A DNA stretch of 51,097 nt, from positions 1-51,097 of the forward strand of contig JAEYZD010000199.1 of the NCBI GenBank assembly GCA_023430725.1, written 5' to 3'. Under the pieces are notes generated by a model, which saw only the letters and a list, made by a program, of their open reading frames with translations, made no database searches and was not told the DNA's origin. The translations under genes and the position numbers were made by a program. Of this stretch, positions 42,993 through 51,097 are shown one piece after another (the stretch's first letter is position 1; each line of letters starts with the position of its first letter). This DNA comes from Bacteroidota bacterium (GTDB lineage Bacteria > Bacteroidota > Bacteroidia > Bacteroidales > VadinHA17).

Positions 42993-44636
42993 TCAGGCCC
43001 GGAATCTGCTGTACGGATCAGGAACGAACAGAGGTATGTGGCGGAAAGCCAGTCCGTCAAACAGTCCCCTGTCACTTAACTTGAGCTTTGGAATGACAAG
43101 CAGGGCCATGAAAGAGAGGGTCATGAAAGGTGCGTCGAGTTTGCTTCCAAGGCTTCTGGCGGTTTCGGAAAGCTTTTCATAACGCGAAGCCATTGCCGTA
43201 ACAGGCAGGTCAGACATTATTCCGGCCACGGGCAGTTTGAGTATTTCCTGGCCTTCGTCGGATACGACGCACATGCCGCCGGCTGCGTCTACGATCATGT
43301 TAATTGCATTAACAATATCCCGGTCATTTGTGCCTACGGCTATTATGTTGTGACTGTCATGAGCCACGGATGTTGCGATTGCTCCGTGTTTAAGCCCGAA
43401 TCCGCGGATGAATGCCACTGAAGGGGGCCGGTCATTGTATCTCTCTTTCACAACGATTTTCAGGAAATCAGTCTCCGGATTGGCTGTCACAAACTGTTCT
43501 TCTCCGGTTCTTACAATCTCTGCATCGGTTATCAGGTCGCCGTTTCGGGCAACAATCACATTGATTTTTCCACCCTCATTGATAACTCTGATTTCATCCT
43601 GGAGGAGACGGGTACATTTGAATTTGTTCACTTTTTCAACCTCTCCCGGAGAGAAGAGTGTCTGTCCGTTTCTGTATACGCATTCACCGTTGATCCATGT
43701 TTCGAGGATGTTCATGCGTGCCGGATCATCAATAATTATGAAATCTGCGGGTTCGCCGGGACGGAGCAAGCCTGCCTTGATGCCGTAATGCCTTATTGTA
43801 TTTGCAGAAGCGGCTCTTATTACATTGAACATATCATAACCCATTGCTATGAGTCTTGCCACGAGTGTATTAATGTGTCCTTTTGCAAGTGTTTCAGGGT
43901 GCAGGTCATCAGTACACAGCATAACCTCATCAGGGTAATAGTTAAGCAGCGGCGCCAGAGTCTCAAGATTCTTGGCCGCGCTGCCTTCCCTTATGAGAAT
44001 TTTCATTCCGCCGGAAATTTTTTCAAGAGCCTCTTCTATTGAGGTACATTCATGATCGGTAGATATTCCGGCATTTATGTACTTCCTGAGCTCTTCGCCT
44101 GTCAGCCCAGGAGCATGACCGTCAATCGGCACGCCGGCAATTTTAGCTGCCTCAAGCTTATTGTACACTTCAGCATCATCATAGATTACACCAGGAAAAT
44201 TCATCATTTCAGCCAGAAATTTAACCCTTCCCTCCTCCAGCATTTCTCTGATATCCGAGGCGGTTATCTTTGCTCCGGCGCTTTCAGACTGAGTGGCCGG
44301 CACGCATGAAGGAGCTCCGAATATCATTTTCATCGGAATTTTTTCTGCATTGTCAAGCATAAATTCCACCCCCTGGCGTCCCATGACATTTGCAATCTCA
44401 TGCGGGTCTGCTACCACGGCCACAGTACCATGCCTCACTGCTGCAACAGCAAAATGTGAAGGGACCATCATGCTGCTCTCTATATGCACATGGGCATCAG
44501 CCAATCCTGGCATGATATACAGATCCGGACTTTCATCAGTCTCAGCGATAGATTCTATCCGGCCATCGATAACAGTTACAACCCCCGGATAAATGCGCCT
44601 CTTGTGCACATCAATAATTTTGCCTGCAATATTCAT
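42993..44636 (-). CDS. ade: Adenine deaminase
   Basis: Amidohydrolase metal motif GLADAHVHIESSM. Also IDGHAPG and CTDD. 547 aa is typical of Ade. Confidence 0.88.
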   Translation of the reverse strand: MNIAGKIIDVHKRRIYPGVVTVIDGRIESIAETDESPDLYIMPGLADAHVHIESSMMVPSHFAVAAVRHGTVAVVADPHEIANVMGRQGVEFMLDNAEKIPMKMIFGAPSCVPATQSESAGAKITASDIREMLEEGRVKFLAEMMNFPGVIYDDAEVYNKLEAAKIAGVPIDGHAPGLTGEELRKYINAGISTDHECTSIEEALEKISGGMKILIREGSAAKNLETLAPLLNYYPDEVMLCTDDLHPETLAKGHINTLVARLIAMGYDMFNVIRAASANTIRHYGIKAGLLRPGEPADFIIIDDPARMNILETWINGECVYRNGQTLFSPGEVEKVNKFKCTRLLQDEIRVINEGGKINVIVARNGDLITDAEIVRTGEEQFVTANPETDFLKIVVKERYNDRPPSVAFIRGFGLKHGAIATSVAHDSHNIIAVGTNDRDIVNAINMIVDAAGGMCVVSDEGQEILKLPVAGIMSDLPVTAMASRYEKLSETARSLGSKLDAPFMTLSFMALLVIPKLKLSDRGLFDGLAFRHIPLFVPDPYSRFRA

Positions 44637-44654
44637 GATATATCAAAAAAAAGC

Positions 44655-44669
44655 TGTTCCACGTGGAAC
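44655..44669. repeat. TGTTCCACGTGGAAC containing the 14-bp perfect palindrome GTTCCACGTGGAAC; copy 2
   Basis: Lies 8 nt 3' of the mnmG stop. On the minus strand it is followed by AGCTTTTTTTT, then by the ade ATG at 44636. Confidence 0.8.
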
Positions 44670-44677
44670 ATCTTGAG

Positions 44678-46552
44678 TTATCGTCCAAGATACATGATCA
44701 GAATGGAAACGTCAGATGAAGAGACGCCCGTAATCCTTGATGCCTGACCAATTGTTGCAGGCCTGATTCTGGTAAGTTTCTGCCTGCCTTCTGTTGATAT
44801 GCTGGCCAGTTCGTCATATACTATCTCTTCCGGAATTTTAAGATCTTCCAGCCTTTTGATCTTATCCGCCACTCCTTTCTCTCTCTCCAGGTAGCCTGCA
44901 TACTTTATCCGAATCTCTGCCGCCTCAATAACTTCTCTCCTTAAAGGGGAGCTATTATATTGGAGCTTTACTGCATCGCTGATTCTTGCAAGCAGTAATT
45001 CCAGCTCTATCTGAGGTCTTGCAGCAAGACCCACAGCTTTAATCTTCTGACCTATCTCTGCTGTTCCCATCTCTGACAGGAACGGATTTATATCCGCAGG
45101 TGAAATACTGTAAGTTCTGAGAAACGAAATCAGTTCCTCAGTCAATCTCAGTTTCTCTTCAAGTCTTGAGACTCTCTCCTTCGTTGCAGTACCAAGCGTT
45201 GCTGCCAGCGGGGTAAGCCGTTCATCGGCATTGTCCTGCCGGAGCAGAATCCTGTATTCGGCCCTGGAGGTGAACATTCTGTAGGGCTCATCAACTCCTT
45301 TAGTAACGAGATCATCAATCAAAACTCCGATATAAGCCTCATCTCTTTTAAGAATCACCGGTTCTTCTCCCCTGACCTTCTTTACGGCATTGATGCCGGC
45401 AAGCAGTCCCTGCGCACCCGCCTCTTCATAACCTGTAGTTCCGTTTATCTGCCCGGCAAAGAACAGGTTCCCAATTCTCTTTGTTTCCAGGGAATGTTTA
45501 AGCTGAGTCGGCTGGAAGAAGTCGTACTCAATTGCATAACCGGGCCTGAATATTACAACATCCTCCAGACCATGAATCTCCTTAAGGGCTTCAATCTGCG
45601 TCTCAAGTCTGAGACTGCTTGCAAAACCGTTTATGTAATATTCGTTTGTTTCCCACCCTTCCGGCTCAAGAAAGAGCTGGTGAGATTCCTTTCCCGCAAA
45701 GGTCACTATCTTATCTTCCACGCTCGGGCAGTACCTTGGTCCTCTTCCCTTGATCCTTCCTGTAAATAGCGGAGAAAATTCGAGTCCCTTTCTCAGGGCT
45801 TCATGAGCCTTCTCATTCGTATGGGTTATATAACAGCTTCTTTCGTCGCTGATACTTATGCCGTCATGCAGGTATGAGAAACACCTGCCTTCTCCGTCTC
45901 CCTTCTGCTCGGTCATCGCCTTGAAATCGATGCTTCGTCCGTCTATTCTTGCACTTGTTCCTGTTTTTAGCCGGTCAACACCGAAACCTAATTCCCTGAG
46001 CTGATCACTTATTCCCTTCGACGCCGGATCACCGGATCTTCCTCCCGGCATAGTGTTGAATCCCACATGCATTAATCCGTTAAGGAAGGTGCCGTTTGTA
46101 AGTATTACTGCATCAGACATGAATTCAGTTCCGAACGTTGTTCGCACCCCCTTCACCTTTCCGTCCTCAACGATCAGGCTGCTTGCCTGTTCCTGCCATA
46201 TTGAAAGGTTATCTGTAGTCTCAAGCTCCTTGCGCCATTCCCTGCTGAAAAGCATCCGGTCACACTGCGCCCTCGGGCTCCACATCGCAGGACCTTTGCT
46301 CCTGTTTAGCATCCTGAACTGAATCATGGTCCGGTCAGTTATAATGCCCGACATACCGCCAAGAGCATCTATTTCCCTGATTATCTGTCCTTTGGCTATT
46401 CCGCCCATTGCCGGATTGCATGACATCTGCGCCAGTTTGGTCATATCCATCGTGACAAGAAGTGTCCTGGCACCCATGACGGCGGCAATACGCGCAGCTT
46501 CACAGCCGGCGTGGCCTCCACCAACCACAATTATATCATATCTGAAGTTCAT
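44678..46552 (-). CDS. mnmG: tRNA uridine 5-carboxymethylaminomethyl modification enzyme MnmG (GidA)
   Basis: FAD motif YDIIVVGGGHAGCEAA, MSCNPAMGG, GPRYCPS and FFAGQINGTTGYEEA. Confidence 0.97.
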   Translation of the reverse strand: MNFRYDIIVVGGGHAGCEAARIAAVMGARTLLVTMDMTKLAQMSCNPAMGGIAKGQIIREIDALGGMSGIITDRTMIQFRMLNRSKGPAMWSPRAQCDRMLFSREWRKELETTDNLSIWQEQASSLIVEDGKVKGVRTTFGTEFMSDAVILTNGTFLNGLMHVGFNTMPGGRSGDPASKGISDQLRELGFGVDRLKTGTSARIDGRSIDFKAMTEQKGDGEGRCFSYLHDGISISDERSCYITHTNEKAHEALRKGLEFSPLFTGRIKGRGPRYCPSVEDKIVTFAGKESHQLFLEPEGWETNEYYINGFASSLRLETQIEALKEIHGLEDVVIFRPGYAIEYDFFQPTQLKHSLETKRIGNLFFAGQINGTTGYEEAGAQGLLAGINAVKKVRGEEPVILKRDEAYIGVLIDDLVTKGVDEPYRMFTSRAEYRILLRQDNADERLTPLAATLGTATKERVSRLEEKLRLTEELISFLRTYSISPADINPFLSEMGTAEIGQKIKAVGLAARPQIELELLLARISDAVKLQYNSSPLRREVIEAAEIRIKYAGYLEREKGVADKIKRLEDLKIPEEIVYDELASISTEGRQKLTRIRPATIGQASRITGVSSSDVSILIMYLGR

Positions 46553-46971
46553 TCCGCATATGATAAGGCCAGATACATCTCCTCCATCTCAGACATTTTT
46601 TTCCTCTCCCCTTCTGTGCTGTCATCATATCCGCATAAATGAAGGATTCCGTGGAAAATCACCCTTCTCATTTCTGTTCCGAATGAGGTATCATATTTAA
46701 AGGCATTTTCCCTGACTCTCGGTTCGCTTATATATATCTCCCCGTTAAGAATACTTCCCCTGCTATAGTCGAAAGTGATTATGTCAGTATAATAATCGTG
46801 TCCCAGGAACTCGGTGTTTATCTCATACACCTTCTCATCATCAGTAATGATTAAATCAATGACACCGGCTCTCTTGCCGGCATCACTCACAATTCTCGCA
46901 GCCGTTTTCTTTAGTTTCCTGCTGTCACGCAGTCTGAACTTCTCAATATCGTAGTGAAAGCTAATTCTCAA
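46549..46971 (-). CDS. ybeY: rRNA maturation RNase YbeY
   Basis: Zinc motif HGILHLCGYDD (H-x3-H-x5-H context). 140 aa. TTG start. Confidence 0.9.
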   Translation of the reverse strand: MRISFHYDIEKFRLRDSRKLKKTAARIVSDAGKRAGVIDLIITDDEKVYEINTEFLGHDYYTDIITFDYSRGSILNGEIYISEPRVRENAFKYDTSFGTEMRRVIFHGILHLCGYDDSTEGERKKMSEMEEMYLALSYAE

Positions 46972-46975
46972 GGCT

Positions 46976-47368
46976 TCAGTATTTAAACCTCATCGTCACC
47001 TGGTTTCCAGTATCATTGAAAACCAGTGCATCCGCGAGGCTCCTCATTATAAACACACCACGCCCGTGAAGGTTCTCGATATTGGCAGGATCGGTCGGAT
47101 CCGGAAGAGAATCGTACTTAAATCCTTCTCCCTGATCTGTTACAGAAACTTCAAACCAGTTTCCGTCAGCCTTGAAATCAACCGTGACCATTTTATCGGC
47201 ATTACCCTTATTACCGTGAAGAATTGCGTTATTAACCGCTTCTACAGTAGATATCAGAATCTTCCCGTATACCTCATCCGATATCCCGAGCTTTTTAGAT
47301 AATGTATCCACCAGCGTTTCTACAACGCGTAACTTTTCAATGTCTGAATTAATTGTAATGCTTTCCAT
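46976..47368 (-). CDS. RsbW/SpoIIAB-like anti-sigma regulatory Ser/Thr kinase (HATPase_c_2)
   Basis: N-box EAVNNAILHGN. G1 VTDQGEGF. G2 HGRGVFIM. The ATG at 47368 is preferred over the TTG at 47419. Confidence 0.7.
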   Translation of the reverse strand: MESITINSDIEKLRVVETLVDTLSKKLGISDEVYGKILISTVEAVNNAILHGNKGNADKMVTVDFKADGNWFEVSVTDQGEGFKYDSLPDPTDPANIENLHGRGVFIMRSLADALVFNDTGNQVTMRFKY

Positions 47369-47426
47369 TCCTGAATCCCTATCACAAATAATAACTGAAA
47401 GGGTATCTATTTGTTGCAAAATTTAG

Positions 47427-48608
47427 TCATTTTTTTGTCAGCCACAGCTCCGGATCAAGCTTTTTCTTTTCTTCGTATACCATAAATTTCAGAACGGCTT
47501 TGCCGCCGTCTCCATTATCAAGATAAACATCTCCTATATCCTGTCCTGTCGCAACTGAGTCTCCTGCTTTAACCTTCACATTGACAAGGTTCTGATAAAC
47601 AGTAAGGTATTTACCGTGCCTGATAATAACTGCCATATTCGCTCCGGATATTGCAAAAACCCTCACAACTTCGCCTTTATATACACTCTTAGCTTTCGTG
47701 GCTCCGCTCGACGTTATCTCAATTCCGATATTATCCTCGGTTACATTCTTCAGCACAGGGTGCCGCTGAAGACCGAAGTGTCCGGTGACAATTCCCCTGT
47801 CAACCGGCCATGGCAGACGTCCGCGGTTATCTCCAAAAGAGTCCCCGATCAGCTTCATCTCGGAGCTCATAGGCACCTTGTCGCTTTTCTTCCTCTCCTC
47901 CTCTATCAACCGCTCAATCTCCTTCTCTATCTGTCTTGCAACCCTTCTCTTCTCATCCAGTTCCTGCTTAAGCTGCTTCTCCTTACGGCTCAGGTTGCTT
48001 ATCAGTCTCTCCTTCCTGTCCTGCTCATCCCTGAGCATCTGCTTCTGCCTTACCTCCTTGCTCTTCAAATCATTGACATTCTTCCTGTCCTTTTCAAGCC
48101 TTTCCCTTGTGCTCTGCATCTCGTTGTAAAGAGTCTCTATGGTCTCCGTCTCCTTGCGCCGGTACCTGGCTACCTGCTGTATGTATTTCAATCGCTTGTA
48201 ACCCTGGTTGAAATCTGCCGAGGACAGTATGAATGCAACAGCCGGTGTTCCCTTTGTAGCCTTGTATGCACTCAGAATAGAGTTCGCGTATTTGGTCTTA
48301 AGTTCATTAAGGTCCTGCTCCAGCATTTCTATGGCTAAACTGTTAAGGCTTATCCGGTATTCGAGAAGAGATATTTCCTGACCGTACTCATTGATCAATC
48401 TTTCCCGAAGGCCAAGTTTTTTGCCAATCACTCTCAGTTCATTAAGATTTTCGCTCTTCTGTGTGGTTGTAGTCTTAAGCATTTTGTCAACATACTCTAT
48501 CTCCTGGAGATTCTTCTTCCTCAGCTCCTCAAGCTCTGCCCGGGACTGACCTTCAAGGCAGTACAATGAGGCAGCAATCACAATCAGTATGGACAAAACT
48601 CTTCTCAC
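47427..48608 (-). CDS. EnvC-like murein hydrolase activator (coiled-coil plus degenerate LytM/M23 domain)
   Basis: Signal peptide and a long heptad-rich Glu/Lys/Arg coiled coil. The C-terminal M23 fold has its metal ligands replaced: NIGIEI where HxxxD is expected, and LKFMVYEE where HxH is expected. Confidence 0.8.
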   Translation of the reverse strand: MRRVLSILIVIAASLYCLEGQSRAELEELRKKNLQEIEYVDKMLKTTTTQKSENLNELRVIGKKLGLRERLINEYGQEISLLEYRISLNSLAIEMLEQDLNELKTKYANSILSAYKATKGTPAVAFILSSADFNQGYKRLKYIQQVARYRRKETETIETLYNEMQSTRERLEKDRKNVNDLKSKEVRQKQMLRDEQDRKERLISNLSRKEKQLKQELDEKRRVARQIEKEIERLIEEERKKSDKVPMSSEMKLIGDSFGDNRGRLPWPVDRGIVTGHFGLQRHPVLKNVTEDNIGIEITSSGATKAKSVYKGEVVRVFAISGANMAVIIRHGKYLTVYQNLVNVKVKAGDSVATGQDIGDVYLDNGDGGKAVLKFMVYEEKKKLDPELWLTKK

Positions 48609-49369
48609 AGACTCTCACGCTTGTATGAAGGCAGATTAAACGCAATGTCAGAATCGTACCCGTATTCAAGATCCTCTATAGAAAGTTTCACGTGAAACAT
48701 TTTCTTTCTTTCCTCCATTGAAATTGAGGAGGCATATCGCTTTCCAGCAGTTTCCCGGAAACTGCTGAAAGTGAGAAAAACAGTATGTCCTGAGCTTGTT
48801 GCATCAATTCTTTCCCGGCATACCTTCATCTCATCAGCACAAATGGTTATCTCACGCCTGAACTCCTCTTCACCTCCCGTTACAACGACCTGACCGTCAG
48901 TGGTGTTTCTGTAGTCACCATTAACATCAACCGGCATATCACCGAAAAGTATTCTCATAAAATCATCAGGCAGTCCGTTCCTTTTCATGACCGCGTCCTT
49001 CTTCCCCGTATAAACAGTTTTGTTGAACCTGTCGATTGCAGCAACATCATTTCCAACAATCAGTATTCTGGCAAGTTCTATTCCCAGCGGACCTCTGACT
49101 GACGCGTAAAAATCTCCCTTTGCGTTGAGCCTGGCGTGTAATCCGAATTTTCCCTCTATCGGCGTTCCTTCAAGTTCAATGCTTCCCTTCCGGATTTCAA
49201 ATCCGCGATCCGTCAGGTTGTTTTCATATACCCCGGCTGCCAGGGCTGCGAAATCCGCACTGACCGGTATATTTCCCCTATCCGTCACCCGGCCTTTTCT
49301 CAGCGCATTGCACCCAGAAAGTCCGATGATGACTGCCGCTATCAGTAAATATCTCAGTCTTGCCTGCAT
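48605..49369 (-). CDS. DUF4292-like lipoprotein (LolB-like fold family)
   Basis: Lipobox IGLSGC. Size and position between a TPR protein and an M23 protein match the conserved Bacteroidota trio. The family assignment is from memory. Confidence 0.6.
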   Translation of the reverse strand: MQARLRYLLIAAVIIGLSGCNALRKGRVTDRGNIPVSADFAALAAGVYENNLTDRGFEIRKGSIELEGTPIEGKFGLHARLNAKGDFYASVRGPLGIELARILIVGNDVAAIDRFNKTVYTGKKDAVMKRNGLPDDFMRILFGDMPVDVNGDYRNTTDGQVVVTGGEEEFRREITICADEMKVCRERIDATSSGHTVFLTFSSFRETAGKRYASSISMEERKKMFHVKLSIEDLEYGYDSDIAFNLPSYKRESL

Positions 49370-51069
49370 TTCGTTATCTCCTCTTCAAGGTAACTTTTTG
49401 TGCTGTCGCCTTCAAGGGCCTTACGCCAAAAACCGACAGCCTCGGTGCATTTGCCAAGCTTCATTTTAATGAATCCCATGTGTTCCAGCAGCTCAGGATC
49501 CTGTTCTTCACCCTGCTCAAAAACACGCAACATCTCACGGTGGGCCTCCCTGTATTTTCCAAGCTTGTAAAGCACCCATGCATATGTATCAATATATGTC
49601 GTGTTGTCACCATCAAGCTGCATAACCTTCTCTGCCATCCTGAGAGCCTTTTTAAGATCGCGATCGCCCTCGGCAAGAAAATAGGCGTAGTTGTTCAGCA
49701 GAAGCGGGTCGTCTGGTGACAGTTCCAGCGCTTCCTCATAATGGCCGTAGGATGCTTCATAGTCCTTCATCCTGTATTTAAGGTCACCCTGCATGGACAT
49801 TACCTGGACCCTTACATCATTGTCATTCCCGGCGAGGATCATCGCCTTCTTAAGTTCAGCGTCTGCTACCTGGTATTCCTTCAGTTCCATAGCCGCCATC
49901 GCGTAGTATATCTTTCCAAGCAAACTCCTGTTGTTTTCCCTTGTATAGTCTGCAGCAAGGTCAAACACTTTTCTGTATTCCTTCCTGTCGGTGTAGAGTA
50001 TCAGGAGCTTCTCCCTGAAGAAGAAACCGGGCCTTCCACCTGAGAGTAACTCTTCATATCTTGCTATTGCATCGTCATTCCGGCCGGCAATTTCAAGCAT
50101 AACAGGCCTCAGCGACAATATTTCCTCATCGTCCGGATACTTTCTTTCCAGTACCATGAGACCCGAAGCCAGAGATTCCCAGTTATCCCTTACATAAAGG
50201 GTATCTGTAACCAGTCTTCCTGCCACTGACACCTTCCGTTCTCTCTCAACGATGTCGCTGTCGAATACATTGCTCAGAAATGAGGATATTCCACTGTAGT
50301 CCTTCCTGAAGACAAGGTTCATCATGTAGAGTAACTGGCTTTCAACATCATCCGGGTTCTTTTCTATTATCTCCCTGTATATGCTGTCACTCCTTTCCTT
50401 CTGATTATCTTCAAAATATATATCAGCAAGCAGTGCCTTGTATTTTGTCTCACCGGGATTCTGTTCAATCAGTCTAAGGGTTCTTTCGACTGCCTCTTTT
50501 ATGTTATCCCTGGCCATCAGGCCAGAAATCATCATCAGAGCCATATCCTCAGTAAGACCGCCCTCGCTGTCAAGTCTTCGCAAGAGAGAATCAGCCCTGA
50601 CCATGTCTCCCCGTTCTGCATAGAAGCCTGCCAGGATGCCGTTCACCTCAATCGCTTCCGGGTCTGCCTTCAGGGCTCTCGCGAAATAAACCATTGCCGA
50701 GTCCTTCAGGTTGTACTGCGTGAACAGCGATCCGCTGGCCATCTGGTACCAGTAGTTACCCGGCTCGAGCCGTGCGGCCCTGGAAGCATACATCATTGCC
50801 TTGCCGCTGATACCTGCCGAGGAGTACATCTGTGCCAGCTCGAAATAGGGCACTGCCCTTGAACGGTCCAGCTCGATGCATTTTTCGAACAGTATTGCAG
50901 CCTCGTTCACATCACCAACGTACTTCTGCCGGAGTGCCTCTGCAAGCAGATATTCATAACGGCCGTCCGTACCTCGCTGCATCTCCTTCGCCGTTGGCGC
51001 TACGGCCATCTTCCTGGAACATCCTGCCGAAGCCAGTATTATCAGTATGAATAATATGCCTTTTCTCAT
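49354..51069 (-). CDS. Tetratricopeptide repeat lipoprotein
   Basis: Lipobox ILASAGC. More than 10 TPR-like 34-aa units (A..YF..AL..DP pattern throughout). Confidence 0.85.
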   Translation of the reverse strand: MRKGILFILIILASAGCSRKMAVAPTAKEMQRGTDGRYEYLLAEALRQKYVGDVNEAAILFEKCIELDRSRAVPYFELAQMYSSAGISGKAMMYASRAARLEPGNYWYQMASGSLFTQYNLKDSAMVYFARALKADPEAIEVNGILAGFYAERGDMVRADSLLRRLDSEGGLTEDMALMMISGLMARDNIKEAVERTLRLIEQNPGETKYKALLADIYFEDNQKERSDSIYREIIEKNPDDVESQLLYMMNLVFRKDYSGISSFLSNVFDSDIVERERKVSVAGRLVTDTLYVRDNWESLASGLMVLERKYPDDEEILSLRPVMLEIAGRNDDAIARYEELLSGGRPGFFFREKLLILYTDRKEYRKVFDLAADYTRENNRSLLGKIYYAMAAMELKEYQVADAELKKAMILAGNDNDVRVQVMSMQGDLKYRMKDYEASYGHYEEALELSPDDPLLLNNYAYFLAEGDRDLKKALRMAEKVMQLDGDNTTYIDTYAWVLYKLGKYREAHREMLRVFEQGEEQDPELLEHMGFIKMKLGKCTEAVGFWRKALEGDSTKSYLEEEITKCRQD

Positions 51070-51097
51070 TTCCTTCCCGAATGTCCGAATCCGCCCG

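Noticed and set aside
47616-48338. 240-aa plus-strand ORF, with a nested 114-aa ORF
   Set aside because: It is antisense to the coiled-coil region of the EnvC-like gene. The Leu/Ser/Pro-rich low-complexity translation is the mirror image of Glu/Lys/Arg codons.
1-51097. Looked for CRISPR arrays, cas genes, transposases, integrases, phage genes, toxin-antitoxin pairs and known defence-system domains (nucleases, helicases, reverse transcriptases, STAND NTPases)
   Set aside because: No spaced direct-repeat array was seen. None of the translated ORFs shows such motifs. Gene content is core housekeeping and envelope. I therefore do not claim a defence island or a mobile element.
1-51097. tRNA, rRNA, tmRNA or RNase P RNA genes in intergenic gaps
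   Set aside because: Most gaps are under 150 nt. The larger ones (1530-1891, 2996-3148 and 42810-42992) show no tRNA-like GTTCRANYC T-loop or acceptor pairing, and no rRNA-like conservation that I can recognise.

Overview
This 51 kb window looks like ordinary chromosomal core from a Bacteroidota-type genome. The taxonomic guess rests on three things seen in the sequence: many TAnnTTTG '-7' promoter boxes, no Shine-Dalgarno sites, and typical gene pairs such as DUF4271-hemD-rnpA-S41 peptidase and TPR-DUF4292-M23. All calls come from reading the supplied translations and my own reverse-complement checks; no search could be run.

I support about 45 densely packed CDS:
- **Housekeeping:** polA, uvrC, mnmG, ybeY, rsgA, dtd, rnpA, lspA, queD, moaDE, deoC, ade, pepE, selU, a PPi-type phosphofructokinase, a U32 peptidase and a polyprenyl synthase.
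- **Envelope and signalling modules:** a BlaI/BlaR1-like pair, an ECF sigma/anti-sigma/beta-barrel trio, AsmA plus an orphan histidine kinase, a large hybrid kinase, an FNR-like regulator and an RsbW-like kinase.

I see no rRNA, tRNA, CRISPR array, transposase, integrase, prophage or recognisable defence gene. I cannot point to a clear-cut novel multi-gene system.

The most unusual observations are:
1. A hybrid 'histidine kinase' whose otherwise textbook H-box has Phe in place of the phospho-acceptor His, with degenerate ATP-lid motifs. Its stop codon directly abuts the start of selU.
2. A GH16-fold protein with no signal peptide, which appears to lack the catalytic ExDxxE and carries an N-terminal array of charged repeats.
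3. Two matching TGTAAC-N17-CGTC ECF-type promoter motifs bracketing the sigma/anti-sigma pair.
4. Twin 12-bp palindromes at the blaI promoter.
5. An FNR-like regulator with a non-canonical CxCxxC cluster.
6. A 3 x 24 bp tandem repeat that reiterates the stop codon of the S41 protease.
7. A shared 14-mer, TGTTCCACGTGGAA, sitting just 3' of two unrelated genes.
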